A stretch of 63,998 nt of DNA, the filler included, from Reticulomyxa filosa (lineage: Eukaryota > Protista > Foraminifera): NCBI GenBank assembly GCA_000512085.1. It is 14 parts of 14 records of this genome, joined end to end, with 100 filler letters (N's around TTAATTAATTAA, not from the genome) between each part and the next. Parts side by side here need not be neighbours in the genome. Positions count along the whole stretch, not along the records: positions 46,716 to 51,851 come from ASPP01004141.1; positions 51,952 to 54,922 come from ASPP01033106.1; positions 55,023 to 62,806 come from ASPP01023690.1; 11 more parts are not named here. One strand, given 5' to 3'. This document shows, in pieces, positions 49,701 through 62,069 of this stretch. The notes below the pieces were generated by a model that saw only the letters and a program-made list of their open reading frames with translations, did no database searches and was not told the DNA's origin. The translations under genes were made by a program, and so were the position numbers. Position 1 is the stretch's first letter, and every line of letters begins with the position of its first letter.

Positions 49701-50616
49701 ATGATCATCTCTTCAAAAATTCGTCGTTCAAAGAGCAATACCGTAGGTTACCATTCAACCCTCACAAAGTTTTGTTATCTGATGTTTCCAAATTATATAC
49801 ATTTATGTATATACATATATATATATATATATGTATATGTATATATATTTTCTTTTTTTAATAAAAAACAATTTTCATTTGTTTGTTTTGCATTTGTATC
49901 TGATATCCATCCAGATATCACCACTGGATGAAAAAACCATTGAACTGAATGCGATATTGCTACAAATGGATAAATGCAAAAACAAAATGTCCGAAATGAC
50001 GATGCTACTGTACGAAAAGGAAACGAAATTGGACGAATTGAACAACTTGATGGCGCAGCGAAAATTGGAAGTGTCTTTCAGAGACAAAGAACTGATGGAA
50101 TTGCAGAGAGAGATTGATCAGCATCATCAGTCGTTGGGGTCAATTAAAGGACAAATCGAAATGGACCAAAGCGAATTGAATCGCTTGCAGCAAACCATTG
50201 CAAGTGCACAATCGCAGTATCAATTGATGGAAGTCAGACAAAAAGAGCAAATGAATGACCATTTGAAACACTTGACACTCCAAATCCAGGTTTTTCATTT
50301 ATTTATTTCTCTCTCTCTCTCTCTCTGTTGTTTACTATGGTGTTGGAGTTAATTTAGCTGTTTTTTTTTTTTTTTTTAATAACGAATGAACATGGGACAC
50401 ATCAGAAAACAGAGTTACAAGCGCAACAGGCAAAAGATGCATTGCAAGTGGTGCAAAAGCAGATTGATGGAAAAGAACGAGAATTGGAAAAATTAGAAGA
50501 AACAATTATCCGCAGGGAAGAGGATAAGAAGCGACTAGTTGCGAAGTCAACTTTTTGTATTATGTTTTATGTTGGTGTAATAAATAACAATCACATATAC
50601 ATATGTCTACGTATAC

Positions 50617-50655
<39 letters not shown>

Positions 50656-51851
50656 TATGTATATGTATGTATATATAAACAAAAGGAAGAAGAAATTCGA
50701 AAAAAATCATCAGACTTGTTGACAAGCAAAAGTGAGTATCTTGCAAAATTGAAGAGCCAGATCGAGCAAAAGCAGAATGAACTCACTGAAGTTGGTCAAC
50801 AGCTGGAACAAAAGTCGGACGATTATCAAAAAATAGGGCAAAAGTGCAAAAAAAAACAGAAGAGTGGGACGATTTGGAACAAAAGTTTTATCAAATGAAA
50901 AAAGGTATTTTTTTTAAAAAATTCCTTTCACTCTAGGCTCATCAGCAAATTGATGTAACACTAAATTAAAAATAAAAAAATATATAAAAAAAAATGAAAA
51001 AGAGGTGTCGAGCAAAAAAAAGGAGCTGGAAAGCATAAACAAAAAGTTGGAAGAGGAAAACAAGCAGTGGACCAAATTGCGAAATGATCTGTTATCCTTA
51101 AAGCCAAATGAAGACAAACTGGACGAACTGCGAGCCAATGTGCAACAATTCGAAACCAAATTAAGTGAGACCAAAGAGCAATTGGAAACATGTCAAACCG
51201 AACTTCAAAGCGTGCAAACAAGATTAAATACTTCTCAAAGTTTTGTCCTTTTAATAGTAATAATAACAATAAGGATAATATTAAATATATATGTAAATAT
51301 ATATGCATATATATTTGTATATTAAAGGCCAGTATGAAACCGTATCAAAGGAATTAAGCACGTTAAGTAGCTTACGCGAACAAGCGATAGCCGAGTTGAA
51401 AACAACGCGAAGCCAATTGCAAAGTAATAAGAATGAGTTGGACCGGGTGAAACTCGATTTGGAGATGCAGAGCGACGATCTGTACACGACAAAGTCCGAG
51501 CGCCTGAAGGTGGTGATGGAAGAGCTGTCGAAGCGATCAAAGGAAGTGAGTTCGATGGACAAGACCATGCGAACGGAGAAAGAGCTGTTGCAGTCGCTGG
51601 AAAAGGAGCTGAAAAAAGTAACAAACACGATGCAAATAAAACTGAAGAAAATGGAAGAAAGCGAGCAAAAGTCGAACGAATTGGAAAGAAAGCTTCGAAG
51701 TCAGCGCAGCGAATTGAGAGCCATCACATTGGAATTGAGTCGCAAAAACAATGAAATCAACGACTTCAAAGCAATCAACGAAAATCAAATGAACGCAAAC
51801 ACACGCGTTGGAACCGAAAGGGTTTGAATTCCGGGTTTTTAAAAACCCGGA
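46750..51851 (+). CDS. Very long coiled-coil protein (both ends truncated)
   Basis: About 11 exons of E/K/Q/L heptad-rich sequence. Most introns are phase-consistent (e.g. 48305-48433, 50905-51002); several homopolymer frameshifts. Confidence 0.7.
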
Positions 51852-51951
51852 NNNNNNNNNNNNNNNNNNNNNNNNNNNNNNNNNNNNNNNNNNNNTTAAT
51901 TAATTAANNNNNNNNNNNNNNNNNNNNNNNNNNNNNNNNNNNNNNNNNNNN
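51852..51951. other. Artificial contig spacer
   Basis: 44N-TTAATTAATTAA-44N. Confidence 0.98.
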
Positions 51952-52099
51952 GACACCGCAACCACAACAGCTACTTTCCAAGTTCTTGATAGACAAGTAT
52001 TACATTATTTGCAGACCTATGTTATATACGTACGTATGTATTGTCATACATATTTCAATCACATTACAAAAAAATATCATAACTTGGAATACAGGTTGC

Positions 52100-54922
52100 A
52101 AATATAATCACGATAATAACCAGCTCACCATTTTCAATTCATCATGAACCACAGTACACAATATGGACCTCCATTTTTTTTTTCAAATTATACATCATTC
52201 AAAACGAAATAATATGGTCCATATTTAATGCATGCCATCATTAATAAATATTTGTTCAATGATGAACAAATACATTTATTGGAAAAATGATAGATACGTG
52301 CATTGTAGTGTGGCTTCCATGATTTGCTATATTGTGTGTTCCATCAGCAACAATTCGACCATGATGTTGCCACGTTTACTTTCATGTATGTGGCCATCGA
52401 TATTGCTGTGGCTACTGTTACAATCGCCATTATTGCTGTAAACTCGCTGCACCAATGACAATATAAACAGCAAAAACATATCCATCCGCATTCCAAAACT
52501 TGAAATATCTGTTAAAATATTTCCAGCAACACATATCACATACATAAAAATAAATAACCAATATACGTATAAAGATGCGGTGTTGTTACTAGTTATTGAA
52601 TATGTACATATATTTAAAAAAAATGTATACAAAACTTTTTTAAGTAATGGACCCAAACACAATTACAACGACAGGTAACAGGAATTTGGAAGAGGTACAC
52701 ATAAATGACCAACCAAATACTGTTTGAAAAAGGAGATGGGAGGGGGCTCGACTGCTATATAAAATGTTGTTCATCAGGACCCAGCGCCACCAACACATTG
52801 CCATATCCAAAATTTTTCTTGATTTGCTAAATAATGGAGTGATTTTTGAATGATCAATCCAATTATCGACTGACACGATCGATGTAGTTACTTTTTGTAA
52901 CAAATGCGCAATAACATTGGCTTCTTATGGTGCACCAAATCAAACCGTGGAATAAAGCAGCGGTACCCAAATATATTGGCGAGCACAATACAAGTCCAAT
53001 TGATTAAAATAATTGACAAAAAAGTAAAACTGGACTATCATAGGCATCACTGGCGATGTCAAACACATCGCCACACCCATCAAGAAGCTTCCGTTGAGGA
53101 TGCACTATGTGAAAGTAGTCAATGAATAGGAGTGCGCAAAGCCACCACTTGCAGAAGTAAATAGCCATTTTATAACGAAAGTAAAATTGACATAATGTCT
53201 TTTTTACTTTTTAAGACAAATCCAATGCGGTATCATCAAAATGTTCTTTTTATCAGCATCATCATCCAACTCCTCCTATCTTCATTCTCTTTTTTGCGAA
53301 ACTCCAAGCCAGTATCACAAGCAAATATCGTCTACCAAATTTAGTCACGATATTGCTCACTCGACCACGATACAGCATTATATTCTTCTTTGTCTTCCAT
53401 TTCTTCGGCCAATTCAGTCGCTGCACTTGTTGTGATATCGCAATATTGATATCGTTTCGTTTCTATTTTACGCGATATTATCACGTCTTTTTTTTTTCTT
53501 TCTTCTTGAAGAAGCTTGCCTTTGTAGTTGGATAGCGCCAAGATCCAGATCGTAGGTGATTAAACTGTGAGAATTTTTTTCAACGATTCCAATGGCATAC
53601 AAAATTCGTCGCCCTTTTGATAGGAGACATACTTTGACCTTGGATAATGATCGTTGTTGGAAATTTTGCACATCCATTCAACAAGTTTTGGATCGACGAT
53701 ACATTTATATTTTCTTTTTTTACTTTTGACGCATTCTTCTTTATTGCTTTCTTGAGGGCAATCTAACGCATCTCTAGTGGTCAATAGTCGATATTGGAAG
53801 CAGTTCGTTAAAGATAGCTTTGTCCACAAACAATACAATAAGCTCTCTCTCTATATCTCTCTATTTACAAATTATTAATTATCAATGTCACCTTCGAGCT
53901 TACTATTCCCCCCATTAGCACGCGCATGATTCAAAATCCAAAATTTGCGCATGTGCGCACGCGCACGCAGACAGTTTCGATTGTTGTCATTAGTTTGTAA
54001 AAGTAGCGCGTTATTTTCATTACAACCAAGTTTCCATTATTCGTTGGCACCAGTAGATTATATTTCAACACAATCTTTGTGGATAATTGTTGGAGAAGCA
54101 CAGCGCCAGAGACTTGTATCCTGTTTACGTTGGTGGTAAACAAATTCTTTACATTACTTTGGGCTACCACTGCCATATTCGTCTAACAATTTCCACTGGG
54201 ACGCGATATGGGAAGTTAGTCTACGGTCGCGAGTGGCGATTTTGCGCGTTTCGAGACTTAAAAGAGCAAATCAATAACCAAGTTTAATAAAGCCTGTCAA
54301 CTTATTTATTTATTTTTTTCTCCTTTAAACAAATCCAACGCAATACAGACTTGACATTATCTTTCTTTTCTTCATTATCCTCATCCTCTTCCTATTCTTT
54401 CTTGCTAGTGTCTTGGAATTTCGGCATAACTTACATTGGATGATTCTCCCGATGTGGTGGTTGCTCGATCGCAATGTCGAGTATTTTCTAACAACGTTCA
54501 CTTTCTTTTCTTCATTGTCTTCCAATTCTTGTTTTCTTGATTGCTGCCCAACACGTCGTTCGTAGTGCATAATCGATCCCGAAGGCAGTTCGACAAAGAT
54601 AATGGATATTTTTTCAACAAACACAAGGTACACAACTCTTGCAGCGATGGATTCGGAAATGTGACTAGCTCTCTCTCTTTCTTCACCATAAATAATATTC
54701 AATGTTTCGCGAGCTCAAGGTTTCTCCAATCAGTATACGCACTATCCAAAATCCAAGTTGCGAATGCGCGTATATACACGACCAGTTTTGGCGCGAGTGC
54801 TCATAATCTCTGCGTTAAAAATTAGCGCAACTTCCATAACGGTCAAGTGTTCCTTGTTCATTGGATCCGATAAATCGCAGCTAGACACATTCTTTGGTGC
54901 TTTGCAGCGCCAACAATTATCC
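52100..54922 (-). pseudogene. Decayed gene with an ~0.8-kb tandemly repeated unknown domain followed by a hydrophobic (multi-TM) region
   Basis: Internal repeat (53930-53970 vs 54740-54790). Homology to 63000-63998 ('LYC.G|F', 'WRFCAF.D', 'AKHQR.C..AIYR', 'LDL.A'). Many stops. Confidence 0.5.
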
Positions 54923-55022
54923 NNNNNNNNNNNNNNNNNNNNNNNNNNNNNNNNNNNNNNNNNNNNTTAATTAATTAANNNNNNNNNNNNNNNNNNNNNN
55001 NNNNNNNNNNNNNNNNNNNNNN
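54923..55022. other. Artificial contig spacer
   Basis: 44N-TTAATTAATTAA-44N. Confidence 0.98.
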
Positions 55023-55163
55023 TTTTATTTGTTTTTGATTCTTTTGACGACCTTTTTTCTTCTTCCCTTTTTTTTCCCCTCTTTTTTTTTTTCCCTTTTT
55101 TTTTTTTTTCCCTTTTTTTTTTTTTTGAAAAAGAAAAAAAAACTAATGTACTTTTGTGAACAG

Positions 55164-56314
55164 AAAAATGAAGCAGTGAAATGTTTGGCTTCGGGTTTTT
55201 ATTTGGGCGGTTTAACAACATTTATGGTCGCAGTTGTGGCATATTTCTATATGGGCGTGCCAACAGCAGCTTACGTGTACCAACCACACTTTTCTACCCC
55301 AGTTTTGTTTCTCTTGTTATACTGTACACTTGACATTAATTGTGACTTTTCATAACCCGGTCCTGTCAAAACTGAAATTGTTTGGTGAATAGTACCAACC
55401 AACATACCAAGTGGTTTTGGAATGCCTTGTGGTGGCGTTTTTATTTACCGGATTGTTGCAAGAGGGCCTGAAATATTGGCTAGTGTTGAAAACTGGAAGT
55501 TTGGAATATGTTACGTAGGCTTTCTTTCATTCACATAACAGCTCACATATGCCATTCGCTTACAAAATCAACACATAAATAAATATTTTTTATAGTAAAT
55601 AAACAGACAACAATATTGTAAACAATATAAAAAATAAGTCGTGCATTGTGATTTTGTGTACAAAAATGGATAACACATACACGCATACATATACATATAT
55701 ACATGTACACAAACAGCTTGCATTTGATGATCGAGTTGCCACGAATCAGGTCGTTGGTGCCAGCATTGGAATTGGCATTGGCACCGTGTTGGGGATGCTC
55801 ACATTAAGCTTGATGATCTTTGACATGTCGTGGTTGTCGAGAGTGGAGCTGTGGTGCCTTAGCGTATGTTGGCAACTTCCCTTGACAATATTTACTTCTT
55901 ACATTGTCGGAACTGGCGTTGCTGATCGTGAAGTTTTGGAATTAAACACTTCCGTGTTTGCAGTGTTATGTATGCCTGTGTTTTATACTACCCTGGCGTA
56001 CTTCCAAGAATTTTTGATTATTGCATTGCATCCTTCCATTTTTGTTAAGTGTTTGATTTTATTTTTATGTGTGATTGTGTGATGATCCCTCAGTCGTGAA
56101 AGTGAAATTAAAAAATTCTTCTGTTGTGTACTTCTTTGTTGGGCCTATCATATCGATTCAGGTGCGTCTTTTAGCATTTTTAGCAGTTGCTGCATTGAAT
56201 TTGGTGGTATTGTCGGCGGTGGGCTTGGATGTATGGCAAAGAAACTCAATGATGAAGAGAAAGCAACGATTAAGGGCAAGGCAAATCGCTTCAGAAGCAA
56301 CGCTATATCATTAG
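55164..56314 (+). CDS. Multi-pass membrane protein of unknown family (5' truncated)
   Basis: Several hydrophobic exons (within ORFs 55029-55355, 55648-56082, 56075-56314) separated by intron-like segments. Confidence 0.5.
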
Positions 56315-57947
56315 CGCGTTCTTGACATTTCACCCAAAATACTCTCGAACAAACCTATTCCTAAGCATGTGGCTTTTTTTCTTCTTCAGATTATAGTTTG
56401 TTCTACCTTGATGTAGAATTTGTTTGAGAGAAGGTTTATATAACACCAAGAACAAATATGAAAAAGCGAGAGAAATAGTGCGTCGGCAAATATAACTTTT
56501 GTTTACATCTTTTTGATAATTCTCGAAATTACAAAATTCTGGACAATCACGAAAGTGGTTTTCTTATACAATAGAAAAAACTTATTTCGTATTTTTTTGA
56601 TGAATTTCATTGTGATATTCAAATAAACTTATAAACGTATTTTTCTATTGAGAAATTGCATTTTTGTCTAACGATTTCAAGAAAGGATTTCATAGCTAAA
56701 TAAGATGATTTGCAGAAAAAAGCTCACATATTATGCATATATTCTCAATGTTTCCAATGTTGCCGGTGCAACGTTCACTTTTGTTTTAAATCAATTAAAT
56801 GATTCAAAGACAACTAAATTATGGAAAAGCAAAAAAAAGACAAAAATAAATGTAAATATATTTTTACTTTTATAAACAGTTTAAAGAAAAAATATCAAAC
56901 ATATTATGATGATCAATTTTTTCAAAAACAAGCTGACTTGTAAAGAATAAGACAACTTTAAAAATTAAAAAAAAGTGTTGTGCACATACTATGAAATTAT
57001 ATTTATATTTGCTTTATTAATACTAACAGTTTAAATAAATATATTTGAAATAAAATATCTTCGTATTATGCATTAATATTTTCAATATTATCGATTATAT
57101 ATTTAATTTTGAAATTTGTATATTTATGTAGTGTCTAGAAAAATAAGCACATTCATCACACTTTTTATAAAAAATTTTTAAGTTATAATTTATTGCAAAT
57201 TTTTTTTACTGGACAATTTGGCCACAACACATTAGTAAAAATATATTTTATCATTTCATTGTGTTTAAGTGGAAATATTAAAAATTATTCACTAAATTAA
57301 AGATTTCCTTTTTCAACTTTAACTAGTAATACTTATCACAATGCTTAGTGATAATAGCGATTACTAAATATCAAAAAACTGATTGTAATTTAAGGCTTTC
57401 CTATCGACGGAATCTTTATAAAAATACAAGTTCATAGAATACCGGTGATGAGGCATATAATATCAATTGTAGAAAAGAAAAACAAAACACAGGTTTGGGG
57501 CAATCAGGCAATTTGAAACAAATTTCAAAAATAAAGTGCAGAAAGTTTTTTAAACTTGAACACTTCTCAGATATTTTACAATGCATTCTCTGAGATTGGA
57601 AGAAACAAAACAAAAGAAAATAAAACAAAAAAAACGCAAAGCAAACCAAACTTATTGTTTCCACAACAAATATTTTTAACATGAGGTCACAAACAGGAAA
57701 AATTTGCACACTTTCGGAGTCACGCAGCATTCCACCGATACCAAAAGTTTACAAAAAAAAGAAAAAAAGGGTGAAAGCAAAAACAAAAACAAACAAAAAA
57801 AGAAAACAAAGAAAAGCATATTACTCACAAATAAGAATAACTTTTGCGAGTACGCCTATACAATATTGTCATTTCTGAACATGTTCCCCCTCCCCTGAAA
57901 GTGTCAAAAAAAGTCTCTTGTGTAGATAAAGCAAGAGATTTGGGTGT

Positions 57948-59151
57948 CTATGAAGTTTTTGCTTTTTCTCGTTCTTTTTGTGCGTAAATTTGCAAAGCTG
58001 CAGCGATAGAAGCGCTGGGATTGTCATAATCTAAGATCAAGTCTTTATTTTTGGGTTCAAACACTTCTTGGAACGTATGTAACAAATCGGAAAAGTACAT
58101 TTCGCCCAAAATGAATAATATATTGCTTGTATTTCGATGGACTGCAATTTCATACAATTGAAACTGATGGCATAAGAAAACCAATAGCACCCACTCTTTT
58201 CGAAAGATGGCCAAATCATTTTCGTCAAGACCAATGACGACATGACGTTTCCAATGCTCATCGCTAGGATCGCTTTTGGTCTTTTTTTGTCCGACTGGAG
58301 TGCTCCCGACTGTTGGATATTGTTTTTCTTCCTCCTCTTTGTCACTCGAAACACTTATTGTCACATATAGTTTTTCTTTTTTGTTGATATCCGATTGCAG
58401 TTTTGTCACTTGCAACGACAAGTTTTTTAATGCGTTTGCCAGTTCCTTTTCGATGTCGATTTTGTCACTGTATTGAATCGATGAGTTCCATCGATTCTTT
58501 CCAAAATGACGAAGCTTTTTTGTCATTGTGTGAATTGTGTCAATTATTTTTTTTGTTGGCTGTGACTTTTCAGTGATCGATATCGAATTTGATTGGGTGA
58601 CAAAGTGATCTGATAAGTGTAAAAAGAAAGACAAAACTTGGATTTGGAAACCAATATTTGGCATCACCTTTTTTTCGATGTATCAAAATTTTATTTAAAG
58701 TTTCAGGATACTGTTTTTGCAGTTTTCTCATTAAGTATGCAATCACAATGGCACTCGAGCGACTCTGTCCTTGCTGACAGTGCACGAGCACTCCACCTCC
58801 GTTACTCAATGCCTCATCCATAAATGGAAACACTTGGCCAAAGTAGTCGGTCACAAATACAAATGGCGAGTCTTCCATCTCTAACAACAAGTGCTTTGGA
58901 TCTTTTCGTGTCGTCCACCATTTCTCAAATAAACCTATTGACACTATGTGTGTAATCTTATGTCGTCGTAGAGTTGTCGTCTGCGCATCTAATGCTGCTT
59001 CATATTGGCCCAGCCACACGTTTGGGTATACCTCATCCATATATGCCTACCAGCACGCAACAAAAAACTCTATTTTTTTTTCACAAGTAAAAAACAATCA
59101 ATTACATACCTCATGGCGATATTTTGGATTTGCTGTCTCTGGCTGTGTCAT
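57948..59151 (-). CDS. Atypical dual-specificity protein phosphatase with C-terminal extension
   Basis: 'EVYPNVWLG', 'ITHIVSI', 'MEDSP', catalytic 'VLVHCQQGQSRSSAIVIAYLM', then 'PNIGF' after a 1-bp frameshift in an A-run (~58670). Upstream exon MTQPETANPKYRHE. Confidence 0.88.
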
Positions 59152-59432
59152 TATCACTAATCAATGCGCTTCTTTTTTTTGGAATTGTTGGCTAATAAGC
59201 TCTTCCAAGAATATTTTTTATTTTTTGATCCCCCCCTACTGACACTTTTTTTAACTTCTAAGTATTAAATGAGTGCATCTGCTATTATGCCAAGAAACAA
59301 ATTGAAGCAAATATAAACAGCAGACAACAAACAAAGCCTAATAATTCACGTAAAAACTAGTGATAAACACGTTACTGAAATTGTTCTGAATTTTTGGTTT
59401 AACGGGGGGGAAAAATAACTAGCTTGTAACAA

Positions 59433-61058
59433 ATGTCCAAGCAAACTGCCAACGATAATAATGACGCAGTGTGGAAATTGCATGAGGGAAGACCTTGCAA
59501 AGTGGTAATACTGAGGTATAAAAGTGATTATGATACATGTATTTTTGAAAAGAGCTGGAACATCACCACCAAAAAAAAAAACGCAGTTGCTGGGAGAGAT
59601 ATCTGACAGTGATCAAAGATGAAACAGCTCGAGCATATGCATTAATGGCTACTCGACAACACTATTACGACGAAGACAATATATTTGAGCTTGAATGTGT
59701 AGACAACTCAAAAAACAAAGTGACATTATTCCACCCAGCGACCCAACAATGGATCTGTTTGGATAGCGAAGGGGAGCTGGTGAAAAAAGAGGACCTCGCG
59801 AATGTGAACATGCGATGGAAGCTATATACAGGTTGGCGAAAGTTCACATTGCAATCGATGAACACGAACAAATACCTTTCTGCGCAAAGCACGGGCAAAG
59901 TCGACGCCAACGGTTTCATCGCATTGGGCTGGGAGAATTGGGACATTCGTCGAGTGGGGTTCGTCATGCCCTTGGAGTCAGAAGTCCAAGCGGACAAAGC
60001 ATCCGTCAGCAAGTCAAAGCACTCCAAGTCTGAGAACAAAGGCACGTCTTTAGTTTTTGTTTTTGTTTTTGTTTTTGTTTTTAAGTAACAAAAGATAGCA
60101 CACATAATCCATTCCGAGCTTTTTTAATCCCAACACATAACACAAACACAAAGATAGCGAACAAAATGAAAAGGCAGACGGCATCTTGTCTCCAAAGAGC
60201 AAGCCCGTTTCAACACAGCAAGTGAATGAGCCTTTTTTTTAATAATAATAATAATTATATATGTATACGTATATTTATTTATATATATACATATATATAT
60301 ATATATTGTAAATGTATGTAATATGTTGTATGTACAAATGGCCATTATTTAAAAAATGGACGGCAAAAGGATGACAACACGGACAATACGAAGAAACTGC
60401 TGTATGTGAACCATTGCAGTTCGTTGGATGATAAAATAAAAGATCAAATTGACTCTTTGAAGATGCGAATGGCGACGATGAGCGAGCGCAAGACGACGAT
60501 GGAAGAGAAAGACGCCGGCGTGCCAGTAGACGAATGGGCGAATTTGCAAGACAGTTTGCGAAAAAAGCAGTTGTATGTGGGCGAGTACAAAGACACACTG
60601 AACGAGATTTTAGTAAAGAACTTGGGACGGTCAAAACAATGCAATGACTTGTTCGAACTGCTGAAGGAACAGCAATTGGAAAAAACGCGAACGGAAAAAG
60701 ACATTCAGAAGTTGCAACAGGAGTTACCGGTGATCGAAGAAAAGTCCAATACGATTCGGAAAGACTTGGACCAATTGAATGCCAAGCTTTCCGAACTCCA
60801 AACGCAAATCAAAGCGAAACAAATCGAGCTCAATGAGTGTGTCCACGTTTGTACTTTGAAGACGGACATTTTCAACAAACTATCCGAAAAAAACAAAGTG
60901 CTCTCTCACAACGTCGGCGTCTTCGAACAGCAGTTTAATGACTTCAAACAAACCGAATTGAGAATACAATTGTTTGAAACCACTTTGGCTGACTTTCAAC
61001 ATATTGTTGGTATGCGAATATGTGAGGAGATGCAGAGGATATACAAAGGAATATATAC

Positions 61059-61090
<32 letters not shown>

Positions 61091-61649
61091 GTATACATTT
61101 TTCTTTGCAGAAAAATTTCAGTTGCGATGCGAAGAAAATTGGCAACGCTGGACCACAAACGATGTCATAACTTGGGTGAGACATATCGAAAATGGCTTCT
61201 TTCGAGACCAATTTAAGCTGATGTTTGACGTAATCAAAAAATATCAATTCACTGGCTTGGACTTAAGCAAAATGAACGAAATAACTCTAAAAAATGTATT
61301 GAAAATTCGAGAGGAAAAACACAGAAAACTGCTACTCGCACATATTGAGAGAATTACCAAAAGCGGAGTGACGACGCAAGAACAGTTCAAAATCTGCCCT
61401 GATATCATTGAAAAGATTGACAACGAGTCCAGGAAGTCAATCTCCACTCCACAAAAACCATCCGATGACAAAGCCGATGCCAATTTGTGCATCGTCTGCT
61501 ACAATGAAAAAGCCGATCGAATCTGCTTGCCATGCGGCCATTTGTGTTTGGGCAAAGATTGTGAAAGTCAGGTCAAAGAGTCTCACAAATGTGCTTTCTG
61601 TGGACAAGATCTGAAAGACATTATCAAAGTTTATACTGTCGGCGCATAG
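59433..61649 (+). CDS. Fascin-like beta-trefoil, coiled-coil, SAM and IAP-type RING protein (putative E3 ligase)
   Basis: Five exons with phase-consistent GT-AG introns. Trefoil-like 'FTLQSMNTNKYLSAQSTGKVDAN...GWENWDI'. SAM-like 'WTTNDVITWV...FTGLDLSKMNEITLKNVLKI...HRKLLLAHI'. RING 'CIVCYNEKADRICLPCGHLCLGKDC...CAFC'. Confidence 0.72.
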
Positions 61650-62069
61650 ACCCACTTTTTCAATTTTATAACCTAATAACCTATTAAACAAATCTTTTTT
61701 TTTTTGGAAGCTTAATTGCAATCAATGTTCCTCTTTAAAATGATGTTTGATGCTTCACTCAAAAAAACGCGTGAGCTTCTATCCTAAAAAGATGCTGTAG
61801 AGATGAGACTGAATCTATAATTTACACTTACTAGAACGTACTTCAATTGAATACTGCTTTCCTGCTAATAAAAAAAGTTTAAAACGAAGCAATTTGGTTT
61901 GCCTAATGCCAACAAGGTATAGACTATTATCGAAGCAAATGATAACAAAGTAGTGAACATACTTAATTAGAACAATATTGAACTTGACGTGCACCTCAGC
62001 AACAGGGAGGGGGGGGGGATGGAAGATAATAATAAAAAATAATAATATTTTGTTGTTCATAAAGAGAAC

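Noticed and set aside
51830-51851. Perfect 22-bp palindrome TCCGGGTTTTTAAAAACCCGGA
   Set aside because: It sits at the extreme contig end within sequence showing doubled or tripled bases (a low-quality read tail); likely an artifact.
1290-58680. Many frameshifts inside genes (~1300, 1975, 2875, 18980, 23240, 49320, 50860, 58670), suggesting programmed frameshifting or RNA editing
   Set aside because: Most lie in or next to homopolymer runs, occur in both directions and share no slippery-site/stop motif, which is typical of homopolymer sequencing errors. Read re-mapping would settle it.
61049-61110. Apparent GA-AG intron (AAAG|GAATAT)
   Set aside because: A canonical GTATGC donor at 61010 has the same phase and gives a sensible protein.
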